From assembly GCA_017536895.1 (NCBI GenBank), contig JAFWCN010000001.1, positions 13,943 to 77,942 on the forward strand: DNA of 64,000 nucleotides, written 5' to 3'. Every line of letters begins with the position of its first letter. Within the stretch, counting starts at the first letter, position 1. The notes beneath the pieces are model-generated. The model had not been told where the DNA came from. It saw only the letters and a program-made list of their open reading frames with translations, and ran no database searches. The position numbers were made by a program, and so were the translations under genes. Source of the DNA: Candidatus Saccharimonadota bacterium (lineage in GTDB: Bacteria; Patescibacteriota; Saccharimonadia; Saccharimonadales; Saccharimonadaceae). Shown here in pieces: positions 8,244 through 18,655 of the stretch.

Positions 8244-11200
8244 ATGTCAGGAGAAGGAAAAGCAACAAGCGGTGGTAGCAGCGAAGGATATACTCCGCCA
8301 ACCCCAGAAGAAGTATTTAAGGACGGCGACACTCTTCTAAAAGACATGCGAAAGGACGAGACACCAGAGGATACGTCCACTACCGAAACCCCACCTAAAG
8401 AAAAAAGCAAGGAACTAGGTCAAAAAGTCAACGAGATATTTATAAATACGCTTACTGACGAAGATAAGCGAAGTGCTATCGCTGAAGCAATTGAAATGAA
8501 GGCAAACCGAGAAATACATGAAAAAGAATCAAAAGCAAAAACACAGTTAGGGGGGCTCCTAGTTATGGCGGGCTATGGACTTCCGATCGTAGGGCCTATC
8601 CGCAAAGCGCTCTTAATGAATAAATACAAAGCCATTGCTACCGCTGGAGTACAAGAAAACGGCCTAGAGGGAGCATTTACCTCACTTGGTCTTGAACGAA
8701 GCGATAGCAAGACTATTAACGCTGAGAGTACCGAACAACGCGCAAGACAAATCATTGAAAACGGCATAATAGACAAAAGCAGCGAGGGCAAAACTATTTA
8801 CACCTCTCGTTTAAACCGTAACGAAACTGTCGAAGAAATAGCGATGGACAAAGATGCAAGGAAGATTGCTAGAGACTCGTTGAATGCTTACTATACCAAC
8901 ATTCAAAAAATTGATGAAGAAGCCACCGATAAAGAAGAGCTCAGAAAAAAATGTATAGAAGAATTCAATGACAACCTCAAAAAGAGACTAGAAGAAATCC
9001 CAGACCTTAAGGATTCAGAGGCTATCAAAGAGGCAATCCAGCAAAAAAGGAAATATGTCGACAGCCTTATCAAAGACGAAGAGTCTAACGGGAACGATAT
9101 TCGAAATTATATAAAAAAGAATATCACGCTTTATCGCACCGATACCAAAGAAAACATCTATGCAAAAAAAGAAGTTGACGCGATAGCCGATGCAGTTGCA
9201 AAAACTGCAATGAAAGAAGTCGGTCTAGGCATAGGTGTAGGTGCAGGTGTGGGTGCAGTTGTGCTGAAAACCGTTCTATCTCGCGGTGTCAGAATGTCAG
9301 TTCGTAAGGCAGCAAAATATATGGGAGCTGGCGGTGGTCTTGCTGGAGCTATCGCAGGCGGTGTAACAGGTTATATGCGTGGTCGCGATAAACAAGACGC
9401 TAAACTCTCCAAGCACGAAATTGACGCAGTGAAAAACTTCTCATCAGAAAATGAATCTGTAGCAGCCCCAGAATCTACGGCTAACACTGAATACTCCAAA
9501 AAAGCTGTCGCAGTAGTTGCTGAGCTCCGAAAGAAATTTGAAAAAACCGAACTCGGGAAGTTTGCTACTGGCGAAAAAATACTTAACGAACTAGATGATA
9601 AACGTGGTCGAGTTAACGCCGCTAAACTTATGGCAGAATTACAAGAGAAAATGGATAGTGCTAAACCTGGCGAGGAGAACAAAGCTCTTAAGGAGCTCTA
9701 TGCTGAAATTATTGCTCGTGGCAAATTCTCAGGCGAAAAACAGATTGATTTAATCAGATATAAAGATGGCGATAAAGAAAAACTTGAACGACTCCTAAAC
9801 GAAGCCAACGCAGTATTTGACTTAGACAAAGATTTCAATGACGACAAATCTTTTACAAAAAAACACTATGATAAGTTCATGGACAAGCTTGACAGGGACA
9901 ACAAAGAAGCAGAAGAATTGGAAAGAAAGTTTAAGAACCGAGTTGTGTTAGTAAACACTATTCAAGGAGCAGCGCTTGGGGCCGTCTTTGGAAGCATTGC
10001 TGGTGTCGTGACGGGACCCAAAATAATGGGTGCTCTTGGTAATATCTTCAACCCCGAAGATAGTGTTGGCGACGGCCCCGAAGGAGGCTTGTCTACTCTC
10101 GGTGAAAAAATCGAGGCATTTAAGGGCAATGGTAATCCAATCCTTATCGAAGACAACATTAGCCAGGATGGTCTCTCAATCGGGTTCGACACTGATGGCG
10201 ATGGTGCCATTGATGGATTCTTATTTGACGAAGGTTCTGAAGCTGGCGGTATAGATTTAACGGACGAGACTCAATTTGAAGAATTAAAAGCAGAATTAGA
10301 CCAACATGGCATTGCGTTCGAGAGGGAATCGATAACATCAGGCGCATACACAGAAAAGACGGTTGGCGAGTATTTGGCATCCGCCGAGAATACAGTTCCC
10401 AACTCCGCCGGCACCGACTGGGCGCGTAGCGAGACGTTATATCATTTTGGTGACGTCAAACCAGTAGTCGAAGACGGGATGGGCAAATATGAAGTTCCAG
10501 TATTACTTAATCAAAACGGTGAACTTGCTAGTGACCTTTCAGATGAAGTTAAATTCTACGTTGACTTAGATGGCTCAGATGGACCAGGCGAACCTCTCCA
10601 GTTCGATATCAAAGACGGAAAAGCTATAGTTCCAGCTGACGTCTTAGATACTATGCATGCCGGTAGCAACGGTAGCGCAGGTTTTATTGGTGAAGTTTAT
10701 GTAGGACAGATGGACGGTGACACCACCATCCGCTATGCCACAGATTTTGGTACGCATCCAGATCTCAACTCTACTATTTATGCTTCATCTAGCCAAAGTG
10801 GTTTTGCCTTCACTCTTACAGATAAAACGAACGGTGATAATCTTGGTCAATTTGCTGTAGATGATAACAACGTCAAACTATCTAACCTTAGTGAAGTGTT
10901 TAACGGCATTCCAGGTGAGCATTCCAATCGTTTTCCGATCAACTTTACACTCAGCAGCGAAGAATCTATGAGCCTAGCAAATGGTGAGGAAATACCAATC
11001 ATTGAATATAAGGGTGGGTATAATCCAGATTATGATTCCTATCTCAATAAGCCCTATATGAAAGGCGAAACCTTCCTAGGCACATCGCTAGAATGGGATG
11101 CCGATGGTGATGGTCAAATGAGCGCGATAGAAGAAACAAATTACTTCCGCCAGTTGCTCGTCAGAACCGGTACAGACCCGCTGGTGCTAGGCCAAAATGC

Positions 11201-12146
11201 ATCCAATTACGGCTTGCTTGATCATGATCGGCTAACGCAAATTATTGATCAAGATAAGCTTACTGAATGGGGATTCTCTGATGGACAAATCGACAATGAC
11301 GCTGAGCTTAATAGGTTAATAGAAATACTTAAACAAAAAGAAAACTCAGAATACTATGATAAACTAGCAAATGCAACTATCAAGGAAATGCAAACGGTGC
11401 ATAAGGGCGGTCATTTCTATGCTGAAACCATTACCGATCGTGTCTCTACTTACACCAATTCTGGTCACCAGTTTGATACCTGGAGGGGGAATACTCCACG
11501 CATTGTTATCTATGGCACTGATGCTAACAAGATGCCGGTAGGGAACAAAGGGCAATGGTGTCGCAATAATGGGCTCGAGGGCCAAAGAGTTGGGACTGGG
11601 CCATACTGTGGTGCTCAAGCAATGGGTGAAGAAGCTGTTCGCCCTTCAGGTGCGCCTAGCTCACCTACCTATACTACTACTTCGACCACAACTACAACTA
11701 CTCCAACGACCGACGACCAACCATACAACCCGCTCAAACCAGAACCGAGCCCAGGCCCTAATCCTGAACCAGAGCCAACACCTGAACCAGAGCCAGAGCC
11801 AACTCCTCCAGATAATCCTCCTCAACCAAAAAATCAAATAGAAGCTAATGAGAATTCCGGTGCAAATCAAGGCATTGAAACCCCAGAAGGACAAGAAAGG
11901 CAAATTACCCCAGAATCTTCAGCCGATGAAGCCCATCCATTTAATCAAGGAGCCAATACTTACGACTACACGCCAAAGGAACAAGCTGAAAAGATTGGTT
12001 ACGAGGTTGACAAAACTGATAACGCAACCGTCGATACCGGTGAAGTGACCGGGAATACCCCAAGCGCAGATGGAAGCGGTGATACAATCGAAAAAAATCT
12101 AAATGAAGCAACGGGTGAGGGGGATAATTATAACCAAGGTTTCTAA
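8244..12146 (+). CDS. Large (1300 aa) membrane-anchored protein with glycine-zipper segments, DxDxDG motifs and a Pro/Thr-rich tail
   Basis: Long uninterrupted ORF with SD GGAGGA; hydrophobic GxxxG stretches; DTDGDG and DADGDG; PEPTPEPEPEP. Confidence 0.8.
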   Translation: MSGEGKATSGGSSEGYTPPTPEEVFKDGDTLLKDMRKDETPEDTSTTETPPKEKSKELGQKVNEIFINTLTDEDKRSAIAEAIEMKANREIHEKESKAKTQLGGLLVMAGYGLPIVGPIRKALLMNKYKAIATAGVQENGLEGAFTSLGLERSDSKTINAESTEQRARQIIENGIIDKSSEGKTIYTSRLNRNETVEEIAMDKDARKIARDSLNAYYTNIQKIDEEATDKEELRKKCIEEFNDNLKKRLEEIPDLKDSEAIKEAIQQKRKYVDSLIKDEESNGNDIRNYIKKNITLYRTDTKENIYAKKEVDAIADAVAKTAMKEVGLGIGVGAGVGAVVLKTVLSRGVRMSVRKAAKYMGAGGGLAGAIAGGVTGYMRGRDKQDAKLSKHEIDAVKNFSSENESVAAPESTANTEYSKKAVAVVAELRKKFEKTELGKFATGEKILNELDDKRGRVNAAKLMAELQEKMDSAKPGEENKALKELYAEIIARGKFSGEKQIDLIRYKDGDKEKLERLLNEANAVFDLDKDFNDDKSFTKKHYDKFMDKLDRDNKEAEELERKFKNRVVLVNTIQGAALGAVFGSIAGVVTGPKIMGALGNIFNPEDSVGDGPEGGLSTLGEKIEAFKGNGNPILIEDNISQDGLSIGFDTDGDGAIDGFLFDEGSEAGGIDLTDETQFEELKAELDQHGIAFERESITSGAYTEKTVGEYLASAENTVPNSAGTDWARSETLYHFGDVKPVVEDGMGKYEVPVLLNQNGELASDLSDEVKFYVDLDGSDGPGEPLQFDIKDGKAIVPADVLDTMHAGSNGSAGFIGEVYVGQMDGDTTIRYATDFGTHPDLNSTIYASSSQSGFAFTLTDKTNGDNLGQFAVDDNNVKLSNLSEVFNGIPGEHSNRFPINFTLSSEESMSLANGEEIPIIEYKGGYNPDYDSYLNKPYMKGETFLGTSLEWDADGDGQMSAIEETNYFRQLLVRTGTDPLVLGQNASNYGLLDHDRLTQIIDQDKLTEWGFSDGQIDNDAELNRLIEILKQKENSEYYDKLANATIKEMQTVHKGGHFYAETITDRVSTYTNSGHQFDTWRGNTPRIVIYGTDANKMPVGNKGQWCRNNGLEGQRVGTGPYCGAQAMGEEAVRPSGAPSSPTYTTTSTTTTTTPTTDDQPYNPLKPEPSPGPNPEPEPTPEPEPEPTPPDNPPQPKNQIEANENSGANQGIETPEGQERQITPESSADEAHPFNQGANTYDYTPKEQAEKIGYEVDKTDNATVDTGEVTGNTPSADGSGDTIEKNLNEATGEGDNYNQGF

Positions 12147-12173
12147 CATTAATAATATAAAATAAGGAGAAAT

Positions 12174-13595
12174 ATGAAACGATTTTTCATAAAAATGGGT
12201 GGAGCAATTATCGCAATAGCACTGGCACTTGTCGGTGTAAGCGCCGCGAATGCTTGGGGACCAGAGCGTGCAACCTTCACTATGGAAAAACCAGCATCGT
12301 ACGTCACTTTTGATTCAATCACAGACAACCAGAGTAGTGAATCTGTCGGTATCGGTGATGAACGAAACTTCGTACGCGTACGTAAAGCAGGAGAGAAAAC
12401 CTTTACTGATAAGGTAGAAATTTCCGATGCGGACGCAAAAAATGGCCAAGAATTTGAGGTTTACGTATTTTACCACAACAACGCTGCCTCAAATTATAAG
12501 CTGACTGCAGAAAATACCAAAGTCTTTGCTTATTTTCCAGGTATCATTTCTGGCAATTCAACTGCTGAAACTGGCGCCAAGATTTCCGCTTCTAACGCTA
12601 AGCCGAAAAGCGTTTGGGACGAAGCTGATTTCATCAATAAATCAAATGTGGGTGTACGTTTGAGGTATGTAGAAGATTCTGCTACGATTTACTGGAACGG
12701 CGGAAGAACTACTGCCAAAATCGGTGAAGATATGTTCACTACCGGTGCCCTAATCGGCTATTGTGAAGAAGGTAAAACAAACTGTCCTTTAGATGGCAAA
12801 GTCCCAGGCTGTGCAGAATACTCTGGCTACATTATTTATAAAGTCAAAGTTGAACAAGCCTCTATTTATCTCTCCAAAATGGTATCAACTGACGGTGTCA
12901 ATTACTCTGACAGTATTACTGCCAGAGTTGGTGACACTGTCCATTATAAAGTTGTCGCTAAGAACCTAGGCAGTATTGCCACAACCAGGATTGCTATTAA
13001 AGATCAACTAGCAACTGGTTTGCAAGCAGCTTCCGATGCGATATTCAAAGACACCGCAACGGGAGGAGCTACTAAAACCGAAGCCTTATCAAGCGACTTC
13101 TTTACCTCAACTGGTGCCAAGGTCTATCAGTTAAGTGTCGGTGGGGAAGGCTGGTATATCGAATATGACGCCAAAATTACCAATGATGCTCTTGGAGGGG
13201 AACCATGTGGAGCCGCCAAACTGATTAACAGTGTGTACATGGATTACGAACTAGAAGACGGTGGTTATGGTACACTTGGCAATCAAGCAACAGTTCTAAT
13301 CTCTGAACCTTGTGAAGACTGTACCACCAACCCCGACCTACCAGAATGTAAGGAGAAAAACTGTATTACCAACCCCGAAATGGAAGGTTGCCAAGAGCTT
13401 CCGAACACCGGTCCACTTGAGATTGTAATGGCAATCATCATTATCGCAGGTATCGGTGGCGGCGGCTACTACCTCTATCGCACTAAGCGCACTCTAAAGA
13501 CTGCCGAAAACGTCGTTAAGGGCGAGAACGAAATCAAGCCAGAAGTTAAAGATACTATCTCAAAGGATTCCTCAGCCGAAGAACCAAAGAAATAA
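12174..13595 (+). CDS. Secreted surface protein with DUF11/Ig-like domain and LPXTG sorting signal
   Basis: Signal peptide (..VSAANA), ITARVGDTVHYKVVAKNLG, LPNTG followed by TM helix and YRTKR. Confidence 0.8.
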   Translation: MKRFFIKMGGAIIAIALALVGVSAANAWGPERATFTMEKPASYVTFDSITDNQSSESVGIGDERNFVRVRKAGEKTFTDKVEISDADAKNGQEFEVYVFYHNNAASNYKLTAENTKVFAYFPGIISGNSTAETGAKISASNAKPKSVWDEADFINKSNVGVRLRYVEDSATIYWNGGRTTAKIGEDMFTTGALIGYCEEGKTNCPLDGKVPGCAEYSGYIIYKVKVEQASIYLSKMVSTDGVNYSDSITARVGDTVHYKVVAKNLGSIATTRIAIKDQLATGLQAASDAIFKDTATGGATKTEALSSDFFTSTGAKVYQLSVGGEGWYIEYDAKITNDALGGEPCGAAKLINSVYMDYELEDGGYGTLGNQATVLISEPCEDCTTNPDLPECKEKNCITNPEMEGCQELPNTGPLEIVMAIIIIAGIGGGGYYLYRTKRTLKTAENVVKGENEIKPEVKDTISKDSSAEEPKK

Positions 13596-13612
13596 CGACT
13601 AATCTTTAACAA

Positions 13613-13642
13613 GAAAAGACCTCAGCCATCTGGGGTCTTTTC
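13613..13642 (+). terminator. Intrinsic terminator
   Basis: GAAAAGACCTCAG-CCAT-CTGGGGTCTTTTC. Confidence 0.7.
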
Positions 13643-13693
13643 AAATCTGAAAAAATATGATAAAATAATACGAGTATTAAACAAAGGAATAAT

Positions 13694-14002
13694 ATGAAAA
13701 AAGCAGTCATCCTCGTCGGGGGCAAGCAATACCTCGTCGAAGAAAAAGAGACCCTACGGGTGGACCTCCTCCCGGCAGGTACTAAAGAGCTCGAACTTGA
13801 CGCTTTACTCGTAATCGACGGCGACAAAACTACCGTCGGTACTCCTACGGTAAAGGGCGTAAAAGTTTCAGCCAAAGTCAAAACGCCCGAAATCAAAGGC
13901 GACAAAATCCGCGTCATCCGCTACAAAGCGAAGAAACGTGTTCACAAAGAAACTGGTCACCGCCAGAAATACAGCGAGATTGAAATCACTAAAATCGCTT
14001 AA
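13694..14002 (+). CDS. rplU: 50S ribosomal protein L21
   Basis: AVILVGGKQYLV..YKAKKRVHKETGHRQKYSEIEI. Confidence 0.95.
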   Translation: MKKAVILVGGKQYLVEEKETLRVDLLPAGTKELELDALLVIDGDKTTVGTPTVKGVKVSAKVKTPEIKGDKIRVIRYKAKKRVHKETGHRQKYSEIEITKIA

Positions 14003-14040
14003 AAATAAATAACTCCATAAGTGAGCATTTGACAAACCCA

Positions 14041-14160
14041 GTTAATTTTTACAACTTTTCCTCATCCGAGGCGAGTAAAGTTGCCGAGCGAAGCTGAAAG
14101 CTTCGCGAGCTAGCAACTTGATCGAGACGAGGATAGAGTGAAATGTTGTAACAAATTAAC
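14041..14160. repeat. Intergenic palindromic element F (rplU-parA)
   Basis: Arms GTTAATTTTTACAAC..CATCC / GGAT..GTTGTAACAAATTAAC; core CCGAGCGAAGCTGAAAGCTTCGCGAGC. Confidence 0.8.
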
Positions 14161-14233
14161 GTGGCGTGAAGTCAAGCGCGAACGAGTGGAGTTATTTATT
14201 TTTAAAACCATTTGTGTTATAATCTTAAGTATT

Positions 14234-15007
14234 ATGGCGAAGGTAATCTGTGTAACTAACCAAAAGGGCGGTGTCGGCAAAACCACCACCGCTGTCAACA
14301 TCTCATTTTACCTCGCTAAGCAGAAATTCAAAACTCTCCTCATCGACTTTGATCCACAAGGAAACGCCACTTCCGGTCTCGGTATCGACAAAAATGATAA
14401 ATCTCTAGGCGCCACTATGACTGAGGTGTTACTGGGAACTGCTACTTTAGCCAGCGTTATCCGCTCAACTAAATACAAGAATTTCTCACTAGCCCCTGCC
14501 ACCCCTGAACTCGCTAACGCCGAAGTTGAAATCACCTCGCAGAATAAAAGATTTACTCGCCTTCGCGACGCCATCCAGGCTGTCGGCGCAAGCTATGATT
14601 ACATCATCATCGATTCGCCACCATCTCTGTCACTGCTCACTGTTAACGGTATGATTGCATCAAATTATTTACTCATTCCAGTCCAGACTGAATTCTACGC
14701 CTTGGAAGGCGTCGCACAGCTTCTCGAATCCATGAAATTAGTCATGAAACAAGCCAACCCCAACCTCAAGCTCCTAGGCGTCGTTGCCACTATGTACGAT
14801 AAACGCACCAGTCTCTCCCCACAAGTATTTGCCGAAATCAAGAAATATTTCAAACAACTCACCTTCAACACTACTATTCCACGCAATGTCCGCGTCGCTG
14901 AGGCCCCATCTCATGGTGTGCCAGTTGGAGCCTACGATAAGTTTAGTAAAGGTTCCAAAGCTTACAAAGAATTAACCAAAGAAATCATAGAAAGGACAAA
15001 TAAATAA
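14234..15007 (+). CDS. parA: Chromosome partitioning ATPase ParA/Soj
   Basis: NQKGGVGKTT, IDFDPQGNAT, IIDSPPSL; start set at ATG 14234 after TGTTATAAT. Confidence 0.95.
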   Translation: MAKVICVTNQKGGVGKTTTAVNISFYLAKQKFKTLLIDFDPQGNATSGLGIDKNDKSLGATMTEVLLGTATLASVIRSTKYKNFSLAPATPELANAEVEITSQNKRFTRLRDAIQAVGASYDYIIIDSPPSLSLLTVNGMIASNYLLIPVQTEFYALEGVAQLLESMKLVMKQANPNLKLLGVVATMYDKRTSLSPQVFAEIKKYFKQLTFNTTIPRNVRVAEAPSHGVPVGAYDKFSKGSKAYKELTKEIIERTNK

Positions 15008-15849
15008 TGGCAGGACTTGGTCGCGGTTTTGACTCACTTATCCCTACAGAGCTAATTGATGACGAATTTGACCCTACTGCTCTAGAGGACAAGAAAGAAA
15101 GCAAACTCAAAGAGATTAAGCTAGACGATATCGTCCGCGACGAAGAACAGCCTCGTCGTGAATTTAGCGCTGAGCCTCTAGAAGCACTTGCTGCTTCCAT
15201 CAAGGAGCACGGAGTTTTACAGCCAATCGTCGTTACTAAGGAAGAAGGGAAGTATAAGATCGTCGCTGGCGAGCGCCGTTGGCGTGCTTCTAAAATCGCT
15301 GGTCTCGAAAAAATCCCCGCTATTGTTCGTACTCTTGATGCTCAGAATCGTCTTGAACTTTCCGTTATTGAAAACGCTCAACGTGAAGATTTGAACGCTA
15401 TCGAACTAGCTACAGCTTATGCCAAACTTCAAAACCAGTTTAATTTGAGTAGCGAGGAAATCGCTGTTAGAGTAGGCAAATCTGAAACTTCAATCAACAA
15501 CACCATGAGGCTCCTTAGTCTCCCAGAAGACGTTAAGAAAATTATGGTCAAAGAACGTCTCACAGAAGGTGTCATGCGCCCACTCGTTTCTCGCGATGAA
15601 AAGGAAATCAAAAAAGTCCTTCCAAAGATTATCTCAGAGGGTTGGACTGCTCGCAAAGTAGAAAGATACTTCGCTCAGAACAAAAAGAAATCTTCAGCCG
15701 CCGCTATCAAAAGAAAAGCCAACATCAAGGACGAGGATGCTCTTTCTAAAAAATATAATGCCGATGCCCGCATCTCTGGTCGCAGCCTCACTTTCCGTTG
15801 CAAATCCGGCGCCGAGCTCCAAAAGCTAATCGACAGACTTAAAAAATAA
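15007..15849 (+). CDS. parB: ParB/Spo0J partition protein
   Basis: GLGRGFDSLI, QPRREF, GVLQPIVV, VAGERRWRA, ENAQREDLN. Confidence 0.95.
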   Translation: MAGLGRGFDSLIPTELIDDEFDPTALEDKKESKLKEIKLDDIVRDEEQPRREFSAEPLEALAASIKEHGVLQPIVVTKEEGKYKIVAGERRWRASKIAGLEKIPAIVRTLDAQNRLELSVIENAQREDLNAIELATAYAKLQNQFNLSSEEIAVRVGKSETSINNTMRLLSLPEDVKKIMVKERLTEGVMRPLVSRDEKEIKKVLPKIISEGWTARKVERYFAQNKKKSSAAAIKRKANIKDEDALSKKYNADARISGRSLTFRCKSGAELQKLIDRLKK

Positions 15850-15866
15850 GGGCGAGGGGCCCTTAT

Positions 15867-16547
15867 TTAAAATGTTCTAATTCTATCAAGCGGGAATAAT
15901 CGCATAATTACTGGTCCAACAATTCGGCAATAGGGAATCGTACCAAGACCATTTCTTGAATCCCAAGAATTTGACCCCTCACGGTTATCGCCAGATACGA
16001 ACAATTCGCCTTCTGGTACCACCATATCAACTTCGCCGGAAGTGTGCTCTTTTGGACCATCTGTATCAGATTTACGCCACTCTGCGTCATACACAATCCC
16101 TTCGGTAGATTCCGCGTCAGGATAAATCTTCATCTCGCCGTCCTTCACTACTACTCTTTCACCTGGAAAAGCAATCACGCGCTTGATAATATACTGATCG
16201 TTAACATTTGAAGGCACATTGCAAGTCATTGGATTATTTACTCCCGCTGCCTTATACTCTGCCACTTTCTCCTCGTCCTCATTTAGAAAAACAATAATCT
16301 GGCCTCTTTCTGGTACGTATTCTTGTCCTGTAAAATGCGACCACGAAACTGCAGCACGATTCACAATCACTCGGTCGTCTCCGTGCAAAGTATTTTCCAT
16401 ACTGCCCCCCACTACGTTATAAGACCGATAAATGAACGTATTCAAAAACAACGTCCCAAGTACAATCGCCACAATAAACAAACCGAGACTTAACAAATCC
16501 TTCATCAAAGGATGTTTCTGAAAAAAAGTTGGCTCCATTCCTTCCAT
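15867..16547 (-). CDS. lepB: Signal peptidase I
   Basis: TM helix, GGSMENTL (Ser), YIIKRVIAFPGE (Lys), GDNR..SWDSR. Confidence 0.92.
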   Translation of the reverse strand: MEGMEPTFFQKHPLMKDLLSLGLFIVAIVLGTLFLNTFIYRSYNVVGGSMENTLHGDDRVIVNRAAVSWSHFTGQEYVPERGQIIVFLNEDEEKVAEYKAAGVNNPMTCNVPSNVNDQYIIKRVIAFPGERVVVKDGEMKIYPDAESTEGIVYDAEWRKSDTDGPKEHTSGEVDMVVPEGELFVSGDNREGSNSWDSRNGLGTIPYCRIVGPVIMRLFPLDRIRTF

Positions 16548-16600
16548 GTAAGCTATTATATCATTTTTTAAGTTTAATTTAAATTATTTGCTATAATATA

Positions 16601-17389
16601 ATGTATATGGCAGATTATGTGTTAGCAAGAAAATCTCGCAACATTGCAAGTAGCATGATTCATGTTTTCTTGAATCTTTTACTCGGTGTGGGTGCAGTTC
16701 TGGTCACTGTATTGTCGAATAGTCCAGTCCTAGGCATTATCCTAGTCCTAGCATCTAAATGGCGTGTCTTCGCTGTTCGCGCTCGCTATCTCATGCTTAA
16801 TCTAAAATCCAATCTCGTAGATTTAATTGTAGGCATTAGCGTAGTTCTTTTAGCTTACTATGCTGGGCCATCATTCTTGCCAGTAGACTTTATCCTGATG
16901 GCATTTTATCCTATCTGGCTCTTATTCATCAAACCACTATCAACTGAAACGGCTGCCATGATTCAATCACTCATCGCTGTGTTTCTGGGTATGTCCGCCG
17001 CCACAATTATGTCTGCCAATATTAACTCTATCGTTATCGTTTTGCTAGCATTCTTGATTGGTTATGCTGTTAGTCGCCACACTTTGGTCCAAAGCAACGA
17101 CAAAGATTTTACCCTTACCACCTTGGTTTGCGGGCTTGTCTTTTCCGAAATTGCCTGGCTCTGTAATTCTTGGTCTATCATCTATACTTTCGGAGACACT
17201 GGCATTCGCATCCCGCAACTCGCTATCATTCTTACTATTTTCGCCTTCGTCTACAACTATGCTCGTCAAGCTATGATTAAGTACCAAGCCGATTTCCGCT
17301 TCAAGCATATCGTTGGTCCTGTTATTTTTGGCGCGGCACTCGTCGCCGTAATTGTTATATTCTTTAGCAACCCAATATTTAATATTTAA
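16601..17389 (+). CDS. Multi-pass membrane hypothetical protein
   Basis: About 8 hydrophobic segments. Confidence 0.75.
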   Translation: MYMADYVLARKSRNIASSMIHVFLNLLLGVGAVLVTVLSNSPVLGIILVLASKWRVFAVRARYLMLNLKSNLVDLIVGISVVLLAYYAGPSFLPVDFILMAFYPIWLLFIKPLSTETAAMIQSLIAVFLGMSAATIMSANINSIVIVLLAFLIGYAVSRHTLVQSNDKDFTLTTLVCGLVFSEIAWLCNSWSIIYTFGDTGIRIPQLAIILTIFAFVYNYARQAMIKYQADFRFKHIVGPVIFGAALVAVIVIFFSNPIFNI

Positions 17390-17398
17390 GGAGGTAAA

Positions 17399-18655
17399 AT
17401 GGAAGAAAAAGAAAAGGGCGAAATTGTTGAAGCAGAAATTGAAACTACGGTCGAGGAAACTCCAACAGAAGAAAAAGACAATAAAGAAGAAAGCAAAAAA
17501 CCAGAGAATACCGAATCTACTCCAAAGTGTTGCTGCAAGAAACCTAGCAAAGTCCCATTAATTATCTCAGTGGCCGCAATCTTGTTTGGGGCTACAGGTT
17601 TTTGTTTTGGCTTTCTCGCCTTCCAAAAGAACAGCAACCCTATTACTTTTGTTGGCTCCGGTAATGATGGCAATTCGGCCAATTTTGTTGAGGGCTCCAT
17701 TGCTGACATCGCTAACAAAGTCTCAAAAAGCGTTGTCTCGATTGTCACTTCAACTAAGAGCATGAATCTCTTTGGCCAAAGTACTGATTCGCAAGCTGCT
17801 GGTACCGGTATCATTGCCACTAGTGACGGCTATATTGTCACCAATAAACATGTCATCAACGGAGCTCACAAAGTCACCGTCATCTTAGACGACGGCACCA
17901 CCTATGAAGACGTCGAAGTAGTTGCGACAGACCCCTTAAATGACGTGGCTTTTCTTAAAATTAAAGACGTTTCCGATTTAACCGCAGCCACTCTCGGTGA
18001 TTCCAAAACTATTGTGGTTGGCCAACAAGTCATCGCCATCGGTAACGCCTTAGGCGAATATCAAAATACTGTTACCGCTGGTATTATTTCCGGCACTGGT
18101 CGTTCCGTCACTGCTTCAGACGGTACCGGTTCAAACGTCGAGACTTTGTCCGATATGATTCAAACCGATGCTGCCATTAACTCCGGCAATTCTGGTGGTC
18201 CATTAGTTAATGCGGCTGGTGAAGTTATCGGTATTAATACTGCCACCTCTGCTACAGCTGAAAACATGGGCTTTGCTATCCCAATCTCGAGTGTCAAAGG
18301 CATGCTAAACCAGCTAATTGAAACCGGTTCAGCCAAACGCACTTATCTCGGTGTATATGCTCAAGCCATCACTCCAGAAGCTGCCAAAGAGTATAATTTA
18401 CCGGTCTCAACTGGCGCTTATCTCTACAGTCCATCAGCCTACTCGGCCATCGTCAAAGACAGCCCAGCCGCCAAAGCTGGACTCAAAGACAAAGACATCG
18501 TCACTTCCGTCAATGGCGTCAAAGTTGGCGCTGCCGGCTCTCTCGCAGACCTAATTAGCGAGTACAAGCCAGGCGACACCGTCCAACTTACCGTTATTCG
18601 GGAAGGGAAGGAAATGACTGTCAATGTCACACTGGAAGGCTATTCCGATAAATAA
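17399..18655 (+). CDS. htrA: Membrane-anchored HtrA/DegP serine protease with PDZ domain
   Basis: TNKHV, DVAFLK, IQTDAAINSGNSGGPL, C-terminal PDZ. Confidence 0.93.
   Translation: MEEKEKGEIVEAEIETTVEETPTEEKDNKEESKKPENTESTPKCCCKKPSKVPLIISVAAILFGATGFCFGFLAFQKNSNPITFVGSGNDGNSANFVEGSIADIANKVSKSVVSIVTSTKSMNLFGQSTDSQAAGTGIIATSDGYIVTNKHVINGAHKVTVILDDGTTYEDVEVVATDPLNDVAFLKIKDVSDLTAATLGDSKTIVVGQQVIAIGNALGEYQNTVTAGIISGTGRSVTASDGTGSNVETLSDMIQTDAAINSGNSGGPLVNAAGEVIGINTATSATAENMGFAIPISSVKGMLNQLIETGSAKRTYLGVYAQAITPEAAKEYNLPVSTGAYLYSPSAYSAIVKDSPAAKAGLKDKDIVTSVNGVKVGAAGSLADLISEYKPGDTVQLTVIREGKEMTVNVTLEGYSDK

Noticed and set aside
11740-11820. CCAGAG/CCTGAA microrepeats as a DNA repeat element
   Set aside because: Explained by the Pro-Glu-Thr low-complexity linker of the encoded protein
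14138-14233. N-terminal extension of ParA from GTG 14138
   Set aside because: It starts inside palindromic element F; ATG 14234 follows a clear extended -10 and gives a normal ParA start
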